Shown piece after piece: positions 17,444 through 23,762 of a stretch of DNA of 23,762 nt. This DNA is from an uncultured Helicobacteraceae bacterium (GTDB lineage Bacteria; Campylobacterota; Campylobacteria; Campylobacterales; Sulfurimonadaceae). The DNA is taken from positions 1-23,762 of the forward strand of contig CAMZLS010000081.1 of NCBI GenBank assembly GCA_947311765.1, read 5' to 3'. The notes beneath the pieces were generated by a model. That model saw nothing but the letters and a program-made list of their open reading frames with translations. It was not told where the DNA came from and ran no database searches. How positions within the stretch are numbered: the first letter of the stretch is position 1; each line of letters opens with the position of its first letter. Both the position numbers and the translations under genes were made by a program.

Positions 17444-17887
17444 ATGGATATTTCAAAATTACCAAAATTACCACTCTCTAAGCCACTTCCTAGTGCTCCT
17501 GATATTCCTTTGCATGATATCAAGCCACTTGTAGAGATAAGTGATTATTCACTCTATTATCTCTCGGCTCTTATTGCTCTAGGTCTTATTATTCTTTTAG
17601 CCCTTGCATTTTTCGCTTGGAGGTATTGGAGTCAAAAAAATCGTTACACCACTCGAAAAGAGCACTTCGAGCGTTTACAAAATATAGATTTTTCTCATCC
17701 CAAAAATGCAGCCTATGCTATCACAAAATATGGCTATACCTTTTCTCAAGATGGAGAGCGTCAGCATGAGACATATGAGAATCTTTTATCACGCTTAGCC
17801 CCTTACAAATATAAAAAATCAGTTGATGCTATAGACGATGAGGCTAAGGGCTATTTTAATATTTATCTGGAGATGATTGATGTTTGA
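17444..17887 (+). CDS. Small single-pass membrane protein (position equivalent to the DUF4381-type gene of Bat operons)
   Basis: Pro-rich N-terminus, then the TM helix YYLSALIALGLIILLALAFFAW. Begins 1 nt after the upstream stop. Confidence 0.5.
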   Translation: MDISKLPKLPLSKPLPSAPDIPLHDIKPLVEISDYSLYYLSALIALGLIILLALAFFAWRYWSQKNRYTTRKEHFERLQNIDFSHPKNAAYAITKYGYTFSQDGERQHETYENLLSRLAPYKYKKSVDAIDDEAKGYFNIYLEMIDV

Positions 17888-18806
17888 TGGTCTCTATTTT
17901 GAATTTCCAAAGATAGTGTTTGTTATTGGGTTTTTTATCGCTTGTGAGAGTCTATGTAAGATGCGTTTAAGCTCTATCTACTTCCCGCATACCACACAGT
18001 TTACAAAAAAAACTATGGCACAGTCAAAGCTTCTTTTTATACTCAAGTGGCTCGGAATTGTTATGATGATTCTAGCCTTAATGTCTCCAGTTAAAGATGA
18101 AGAGGTGATGCTTGACCCACAAGAGGGTTATGATATTGCCTTGGTTCTTGATGTGAGTCAGTCTATGAGTGCGCAAGGGTTTGATCCGAATAATCCTCGG
18201 GCAAATCGTTTTGATGTGGTGAAGTCAATTGTAGGAGATTTTATCAAAGAGCGAAACAACGATAACCTTGGTTTGGTTGTGTTTGGACTGTACTCTTTTG
18301 TAGCTTCACCTTTAACGTATGATCAAAAGATTTTAAGTCGCATTCTTAAGCAACTCTATATAGGAATGGCAGGAAGATACACAGCACTTTATGAAGCTAT
18401 TGCCCAGAGCGTCAATCTCTTAAAAGATTCTAAGGCTAAAAGTAAAATCGCTATCTTACTTACTGATGGACATAATACCTCAGGGGGGAAAATTCCACTT
18501 GATATTGCTATAGAACTTGCAAAAAAAGAGGGTGTAAAAATTTATCCAATCGGCATAGGTGCAAGAGGTGAATATAATGCTGAGGTTCTAAACACCATAG
18601 CCAAAGAGACGGGTGGAGTAGCTTTTGGTGCACATAGTGCAGAGCAGTTAAAAGAGGTATATCTTAAAATTGATGAGCTTGAAAAATCAGAGATAGAGCG
18701 CGAGAGTTATAACTACTTGCATTACTATTACTTATATCCGCTCTTTTTAGGATTTCTATCACTTTTGGCTTTTGTTTATCTACGAAATAAGAAGGGGTGG
18801 TTATGA
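17877..18806 (+). CDS. batA: VWA domain membrane protein, BatA-like
   Basis: N-terminal TM helices and a VWA MIDAS motif (ALVLDVSQSMS ... LLTDGHNTSGG). C-terminal TM. 11-nt overlap with the upstream gene. Confidence 0.8.
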   Translation: MMFDGLYFEFPKIVFVIGFFIACESLCKMRLSSIYFPHTTQFTKKTMAQSKLLFILKWLGIVMMILALMSPVKDEEVMLDPQEGYDIALVLDVSQSMSAQGFDPNNPRANRFDVVKSIVGDFIKERNNDNLGLVVFGLYSFVASPLTYDQKILSRILKQLYIGMAGRYTALYEAIAQSVNLLKDSKAKSKIAILLTDGHNTSGGKIPLDIAIELAKKEGVKIYPIGIGARGEYNAEVLNTIAKETGGVAFGAHSAEQLKEVYLKIDELEKSEIERESYNYLHYYYLYPLFLGFLSLLAFVYLRNKKGWL

Positions 18807-20662
18807 GTTTTTTACATCCTGAGTTTCTCTATCTGATGCTACCAGCATTGACAATTTTGTTCTTTTTCCTTATTTCAGGAGAAGAAGAACACAATAAATA
18901 CTTCTCTCAAGAAGTTTTACAAAAGCTACAAGTTCATAGCAATACCTTAACTATGCGTGCGAGAAATGCCCTGTTTTTTATTATGTTTGCTCTGATAATT
19001 ATCGCCTTAGCGCAACCTGTTATCGAAGATGGCAAGGTGAAAGTCAAGGCAAAAAGTTCAGATATTATGGTTGCCTTGGATATTTCTGACTCTATGTTGG
19101 CACAAGATGTCTATCCTACACGACTTGAGGCAGCAAAGAAAAAGGTGCTTGACCTGCTTAAGTCTTCACCTCAAGAGCGTATAGGTGTGATGGCATTTGC
19201 AAAAGATGCCTATCTTGTTTCACCTTTGAGTTTCGATCATAGAGCGGTGCGTTTTTTACTTAAACAAGTCAGTACAGGCTCTATCACAGGAAAAGGAACA
19301 GACTTTATAAGACTGCTCACTTCTGCAAAAGGGGCACTCAGTGAAGATGATAATCGTTATCTGCTTATTTTAACTGATGGTGCGGATAAGCAGGATTTTT
19401 CTGAAGAGATTGCACTAGCAAAAAAAGAGGGAATCCGTATCTTTATCTTAGGTGTAGGAACGCCTCAAGGCGCGCCAATTAAGCTCAAAGATGGTTTATT
19501 TATTAAGCAGCATGACAAGATTATCGTAAGTAAGCTCAATAGTGCAATTAAGGAGTTAGCCCTACAAACTGGCGGTGCATATATCGAGTCAGTAACAAGC
19601 TCTGATGATATAAAAGCTATGCTTCGTGAGATTCAAGCCAAGACTGAAAAGCGTGAATTAAAAGAGGAAGAAGTGACACTATATATCGCTCTATTTTATT
19701 ATCCATTGGGTTTAGCTATGTTCTTGTTTTTGATAGCTACTTCATCTATGAGCAAGCGTGAAAGGCTTGTTATGCCACATGCTTTTGTCTTGTTGCTTTT
19801 GGGCTTACATGTAAGCGATGCTCAGGCTGGATTATTGGATTTTCAAATGCTAGAAAATGCCAAGACGAGTTATGAAAGTGAAGATTTTAATAAGAGTTCT
19901 AAGCTCTATGGCGAGTATCTTCAGTCACATAATACCCCTCAAAGTCACTACAACTTAGCAAATGCAGATTATCAAAGGGGTAACTACAAAGCTGCGGCTG
20001 TGGGGTATGAGCAGGTGCATAGTAAAGATAAAGAGTTAGAGTTTAAAGCCTTGCATAATCTTGGAAACTCTTGCTACATGCAAGGTGACCTAGAATCTTT
20101 AAAAAAAGCAGTTGAGTCGTATAAAAAAGCATTAAAAATACACGATGACTCTGACACTAAAGATAACATGAAAAAAGCTCAAAAGAAATTAGAAAAAATA
20201 AAAAAAGAAGAGCAATATAAAGATGATAAAAATGGAGATAAAAATCTAAAAAAAGACAAAAATGGTGACAAAAAGAAATCTGAAAAAGATAAAAATGGTG
20301 ACCAAAAAGAGAAAGATCAGAAAAATCAAGATCAAAAAGATGGTGAAAAACAAGAAGATAAAAAGTCCAAATCTGATGAGCAAAAAGATAAGGGCAAAAA
20401 AGAGTCAAATCAGAACAAAGAACAAAAAGATAAAGAACAAGAGAAGAGGAAAGAGCAAGAGAAAGCTTCTCAAAAATCTGAAGAAAAGAAAAAAGAGCAA
20501 GCTAAACAAGCACAAGCTGCTCAGCAAGAAGACCCCGAAAAAATGAGTGAGCGAGAAGCCCAAAAATGGTTAAAGATGCTCAATGCAAAACCAAGAGAGC
20601 ATCTGTACCAGCTCAATAATGAACAAAGAAAAAAGAGAGATGAAAATGAAAAGCCTTGGTAA
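18797..20662 (+). CDS. batB: VWA + TPR domain membrane protein (BatB/BatC-like fusion) with a long K/D/E-rich low-complexity C-terminal tail
   Basis: TM N-terminus, MIDAS motif (MVALDISDSMLA ... ILTDGADKQD), a second TM, and TPR-like repeats (YNLANADYQRGNYKAAAVGYEQ; LHNLGNSCYMQGDLESLKKAVESYKKA). About 180 aa of KDKNGDK/KEQEK repeats follow. Confidence 0.8.
   Translation: MVMSFLHPEFLYLMLPALTILFFFLISGEEEHNKYFSQEVLQKLQVHSNTLTMRARNALFFIMFALIIIALAQPVIEDGKVKVKAKSSDIMVALDISDSMLAQDVYPTRLEAAKKKVLDLLKSSPQERIGVMAFAKDAYLVSPLSFDHRAVRFLLKQVSTGSITGKGTDFIRLLTSAKGALSEDDNRYLLILTDGADKQDFSEEIALAKKEGIRIFILGVGTPQGAPIKLKDGLFIKQHDKIIVSKLNSAIKELALQTGGAYIESVTSSDDIKAMLREIQAKTEKRELKEEEVTLYIALFYYPLGLAMFLFLIATSSMSKRERLVMPHAFVLLLLGLHVSDAQAGLLDFQMLENAKTSYESEDFNKSSKLYGEYLQSHNTPQSHYNLANADYQRGNYKAAAVGYEQVHSKDKELEFKALHNLGNSCYMQGDLESLKKAVESYKKALKIHDDSDTKDNMKKAQKKLEKIKKEEQYKDDKNGDKNLKKDKNGDKKKSEKDKNGDQKEKDQKNQDQKDGEKQEDKKSKSDEQKDKGKKESNQNKEQKDKEQEKRKEQEKASQKSEEKKKEQAKQAQAAQQEDPEKMSEREAQKWLKMLNAKPREHLYQLNNEQRKKRDENEKPW
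20224..20302 (+). repeat. Imperfect tandem repeat (about 31-33 nt period; GAYAAAAATGGWGAY core) encoding DKNGDK units in the BatB/C-like tail
   Basis: Three copies of GATAAAAATGGAGAT / GACAAAAATGGTGAC / GATAAAAATGGTGAC, at 20224, 20255 and 20288. Confidence 0.6.
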
Positions 20663-22109
20663 AATATTAATTTTAATTGCAGCAGTCTATTCTAGCGTAC
20701 AAGCTGGCGTAAGAGCCGAGCTGAGTCGCGACACTGTAAGCTTAGGTGAGACAGTAATCCTGCGCTTACATGTAGATGCCAACAGAGTCGAAGAGCCTGT
20801 TGTCTCAAAACTGTGTGGAGTAAAGATACTTTCACGTTCACATAGCGCCAATATGCAAATAGTAAATGGAAACTACACAAAAACGCAAGTTTTTAGCTAC
20901 AGTTTTAACCCTATGGCTACATGTAAGATTGAGCCTATCAAAGTGAAGATAGATGGAAAAGATGTTTTTACTCAAGAGTTATCACTCACAGTAAAACCGA
21001 TGAGTATCTCTAAGGATTCTCCTTTTGTCTTAACTATGGAGAGTGAAAAATCGAGCGTTTATGTTGGAGAGCCTTTTAAGCTTACAATAAAACTCAAGCA
21101 ACGCCATAATGCCCAAGCTGTAGATTCAAAATTTGCAGCACCTCTTTTGAAAAACTTTTGGATAAAAGCACAAGAACAAGGCAAGCGTTATGAAGAGGGT
21201 GATTATAGTGTGACAGAAGTGACTTATATTGTTGCCGCGCAAAAGAGTGGGGTGCAACATATTGGGCGTGCCCAGTTGCAAGTTGCACAGCGTGCTCACT
21301 CACAAGATGCTTGGGGTCAATGGTTTCCGCGACTACAATGGCGAAGCTTTTTTACAAATGAACTTGATATAGAGGCGAAGGCACTCCCAAGAGGTGTCAA
21401 TCTAGTAGGTGATTTTAAAATAGCAGCACTCTTAGACAAGAATGAAACAGCTCCAAATGATGCGGTAAATCTAACACTTCAGCTTTCAGGTAGTGGAAAT
21501 TTTGAAGATGTTGGCTCCTTGAAGCCTTTTATTAATGGTGTCAATATTTTTGAAGAAGATGCCGTGATTCAAGGCGCTATAAAAGATGGAACTTATAGTG
21601 GTATTTGGCAACAAAAAATGGCATTTGTATCAGAACATGACTATACAATACCACCTATACAAGTCAAATATTTTAACCCTAAAACAGAAAAAATTGTCAC
21701 TATCAGTACACAAGCCTTACATGTAAAGATAAAAGGTAAAGCAAGAAAAAAAGAAAAAGCTCTTAAAATTGAACGAAGTGATGAGCAAAATTCTTTTGTA
21801 AAAGACGAAGCAAAATCAGTCTCTTTAGGACCTAGCTATCTTTGGCTTATCGGCTTAATTGTTGGGATGCTGATTGGTGTATTTATAATGCTTATTCCAT
21901 GGAAACGCTTTGTGAAAGAGGAGGATACTTTCAAAAGTGTCAATATTCGTGATGAAAAATCGGTATTGAACTTTCTTCTCAATTTTATAAATGATAGAGA
22001 AGTTTTCGAGATGGTAAAACTTCTTGAAGAAAAAATTTATGAGGGAAAAAGTATTACAATTGATAAAAAGCAACTTAAAATATTATTAAAGCGCTTACAT
22101 GTAAAGTGA
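20640..22109 (+). CDS. batD: BatD-like protein (signal peptide, large periplasmic domain, C-terminal TM plus cytoplasmic tail)
   Basis: The ORF is open from 20583, but the signal peptide MKMKSLGKILILIAAVYSSVQA begins at ATG 20640/20646, after AAGAGAGA. C-terminal TM LWLIGLIVGMLIGVFIMLIPW. It sits in the Bat operon context; the family call is by architecture and position. Confidence 0.6.
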   Translation: MKMKSLGKILILIAAVYSSVQAGVRAELSRDTVSLGETVILRLHVDANRVEEPVVSKLCGVKILSRSHSANMQIVNGNYTKTQVFSYSFNPMATCKIEPIKVKIDGKDVFTQELSLTVKPMSISKDSPFVLTMESEKSSVYVGEPFKLTIKLKQRHNAQAVDSKFAAPLLKNFWIKAQEQGKRYEEGDYSVTEVTYIVAAQKSGVQHIGRAQLQVAQRAHSQDAWGQWFPRLQWRSFFTNELDIEAKALPRGVNLVGDFKIAALLDKNETAPNDAVNLTLQLSGSGNFEDVGSLKPFINGVNIFEEDAVIQGAIKDGTYSGIWQQKMAFVSEHDYTIPPIQVKYFNPKTEKIVTISTQALHVKIKGKARKKEKALKIERSDEQNSFVKDEAKSVSLGPSYLWLIGLIVGMLIGVFIMLIPWKRFVKEEDTFKSVNIRDEKSVLNFLLNFINDREVFEMVKLLEEKIYEGKSITIDKKQLKILLKRLHVK

Positions 22110-22144
22110 TCTAATATAGGCAATTTAAAAAGATTAAAAATACT

Positions 22145-22165
22145 AAAGGATAATAATTTTCCTTT
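22145..22165. promoter_or_regulatory. 21-bp near-perfect palindrome AAAGGATAAT-A-ATTTTCCTTT, 50 nt upstream of the desulforubrerythrin gene; candidate Fur/PerR-family operator
   Basis: 9 of 10 arm positions are complementary. The AT-rich ATAAT-type half-sites resemble Fur-family boxes. The downstream genes (rubrerythrin, tpx) are typical peroxide-stress regulon members. Confidence 0.35.
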
Positions 22166-22213
22166 AAGTTTGCATAGTGTATATTTCCCCTATCAAACAA
22201 AAAGGAAGTTATT

Positions 22214-22867
22214 ATGAGACAGTACGAAAGTTATAAATGTGCTAAATGTGGCAATGTCGTTGAAGTATCAAATGTTGGTGGTGGAACACTTGTCTGTTGT
22301 GAGCAAGAGATGGAGTGTATCACTGACAATCTTACCTTAGTAAACTTATTAAAAGCCTTCGCTGGTGAATCTCAAGCACGCAATAAATATGAATACTTCG
22401 CAAAAGTAGCACAAAAAGAGGGCTTTCGTGATATCGCTGATCATTTCCAACGCGCGGCAAATAATGAAAAAACACATGCCAAGCTAGAACTTGCCTTACA
22501 TAATGTTATGCTTGATGGTGAGAAATTTGGTAACACTCTTGAAAATTTAAAAGCAGCAATGGCTGGTGAAAGTTATGAAAATGTAACCATGTATCCTGAC
22601 TTTGCAGCAGTTGCAAAAGAGGAGGGGCATAACGAAGCTGCTCGTCTTTTCAAAGCTATCGGTAAAATCGAAATAGAGCATGAAAATATGTTTAAAGCCT
22701 TGATAGAACGCCTTGAAAGTGGCAATGAGTATCTCAGTGAAAATGACGAAGAGGAATGGATTTGTGAGGTATGTGGTCATGTGCATCGCGGTAAAAAACC
22801 ACCTACAATATGTCCTGTTTGTAAACATCCTGAAGAATATTTTTCAAGACAAAACTCTCGTAAATAG
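22214..22867 (+). CDS. rrc: Desulforubrerythrin (desulforedoxin-like N-domain + rubrerythrin four-helix-bundle + C-terminal rubredoxin-like domain)
   Basis: N-terminal CAKCGN...LVCCEQEM (Dx-type Cys4). Ferritin-like di-iron motifs (AGESQARNKYEYFAK, ExxH repeats). C-terminal CEVCGHVH...CPVCKHPEEYF. Same architecture as Campylobacter jejuni Rrc. SD AAAGGAAG. Confidence 0.85.
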   Translation: MRQYESYKCAKCGNVVEVSNVGGGTLVCCEQEMECITDNLTLVNLLKAFAGESQARNKYEYFAKVAQKEGFRDIADHFQRAANNEKTHAKLELALHNVMLDGEKFGNTLENLKAAMAGESYENVTMYPDFAAVAKEEGHNEAARLFKAIGKIEIEHENMFKALIERLESGNEYLSENDEEEWICEVCGHVHRGKKPPTICPVCKHPEEYFSRQNSRK

Positions 22868-22903
22868 TGTATAATATTTCCACTTTTATTTAAGGGAGTG
22901 TAA

Positions 22904-23413
22904 ATGGATACAACAATGTTTAAAGGTACGACAGTTCATCTTGAAGGCGAAAGCCTCAATGTAGGAGATGAAGCACCTATCGTTACAGCAATAGGAACAG
23001 ATTTAGCAGATGTAAAAATTGGCGGTGTTTCGGATAAGATTCAGCTTATCGTGACTGTACCATCTCTTGATACAGGCACATGCGCAGCAGAAACGCGCCG
23101 TTTTAATAGTGATGTTAATGATTTAGACATCTGTGAAACGACGGTTGTTTCCATGGATCTTCCTTTTGCATCGGATCGTTTTTGCACAACGGAGGGTATT
23201 GCTAACCTTAGTGTAGTTTCTGATTATCTTGACAAAGAGGTGAGCCGCACCTATGGTGTTTTAATGACTGATGGGCTTCTTAAGGGCTTGAGTGCACGAG
23301 CTGTTTTTGTTATCAATCGTAATGGTGAAATTGTCTATAAAGAGATAGTAGCAGAAGTGACAGATGAGCCCAATTATGAAGCAGCTCTAGAAGCTATTAA
23401 AGAGGCACGCTAA
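22904..23413 (+). CDS. tpx: Thiol peroxidase (Tpx-type atypical 2-Cys peroxiredoxin)
   Basis: Tpx signature around the peroxidatic Cys (TVPSLDTGTCAAE) and the resolving Cys region (DRFCTTEG). SD AAGGGAG. A possible -10 TATAAT lies at 22870-22875. Confidence 0.9.
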   Translation: MDTTMFKGTTVHLEGESLNVGDEAPIVTAIGTDLADVKIGGVSDKIQLIVTVPSLDTGTCAAETRRFNSDVNDLDICETTVVSMDLPFASDRFCTTEGIANLSVVSDYLDKEVSRTYGVLMTDGLLKGLSARAVFVINRNGEIVYKEIVAEVTDEPNYEAALEAIKEAR

Positions 23414-23416
23414 TCC

Positions 23417-23445
23417 AATAAATAGTCTTTGTAAGACTATTTATT
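23417..23445 (+). terminator. Rho-independent terminator-like hairpin after tpx (AATAAATAGTCTT tgta AAGACTATTTATT)
   Basis: Perfect 13-bp inverted repeat with a 4-nt loop, starting 4 nt after the tpx stop and followed by a pyrimidine/T-rich stretch. The stem is AT-rich, so its strength is modest. Confidence 0.5.
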
Positions 23446-23687
23446 GTCTCCTTACTTTCATCATTTTAATTCCTTTTTTTATAACTGAAATTTCTTTTAG
23501 TGTAATTTACCCCAATGGTGTCACCAATTGGACACATTGGGATGTATTGAGTTCAAGCTGCGTGATTTGTTGATTGAGGGACGAACCCTCTCACCATATT
23601 GTTACTGTCGGAGGGAAATTAATTCACTGAAGGAAGCATACTTCATCGGTAGTTTGTTTACGTTCATCACACTTGAGATTCCCCCTT

Positions 23688-23699
23688 CCCCCCCCCCCC
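23688..23699 (+). repeat. Homopolymeric C12 tract (preceded by C5TT), non-coding
   Basis: Seen directly. Twelve consecutive C, about 60 nt from the window end. No ORF spans it. Confidence 0.9.
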
Positions 23700-23762
23700 A
23701 CCACTAATTTTGGGATTTCTTATAATTTAATAAATCCTCCACATCTAATAATGAAGAGGCTC

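Noticed and set aside
23620-23660. GAAGGAAGCA segment vaguely resembling the SRP (4.5S) RNA domain IV motif
   Set aside because: The match is limited to a few bases. The surrounding sequence does not form the conserved SRP helix. Not supportable without a covariance-model search.
1-23762. CRISPR arrays, tRNA/rRNA genes, IS elements or transposases
   Set aside because: No regularly spaced direct repeats, no cloverleaf-compatible segments, and no DDE-transposase or integrase-like ORFs were found anywhere in the window.

Overview
This is a low-GC (about 33%) bacterial chromosomal segment. The gene content (Bat/MoxR aerotolerance operon, desulforubrerythrin plus Tpx, frequent TTG starts, homopolymeric G/C tracts) suggests a Campylobacterota-type (epsilonproteobacterial) genome, but that placement is inference.

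Gene order, all on + unless noted:
- 3' end of an MFS transporter.
- Tail-anchored PP2C phosphatase-Ser/Thr kinase fusion.
- Membrane His-box fatty-acid desaturase.
- DUF234-like fragment.
- Tight four-gene module: XpaC-like, TelA-like, SPFH/DUF4339 (YdjI-like) and Zn-ribbon membrane protein.
- Secreted protein on the minus strand.
- MscS-family channel.
- About 3.1 kb islet carrying an S8 subtilase and a lipoprotein.
- Bat-like operon: MoxR, DUF58, small TM protein, VWA, VWA-TPR, BatD-like.
- Desulforubrerythrin.
- Thiol peroxidase.

Most notable observations:
- The 10-bp palindrome TTACATGTAA occurs 8 times exactly, plus 3 near copies (about 0.1 expected). Every copy inside a gene sits in the same codon phase and encodes Leu-His-Val.
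- A G9 homopolymer lies in the signal-peptide region of the subtilase. It puts the SD-linked ATG out of frame, which is the signature of a phase-variable contingency gene.
- The subtilase islet is flanked by a 68-bp direct duplication of the mscS 3' end, which is the signature of site-specific insertion into a gene end.
- A C12 homopolymer and a GC-rich, structured, non-coding region sit at the 3' edge of the window.

No rRNA, tRNA or CRISPR array was seen.
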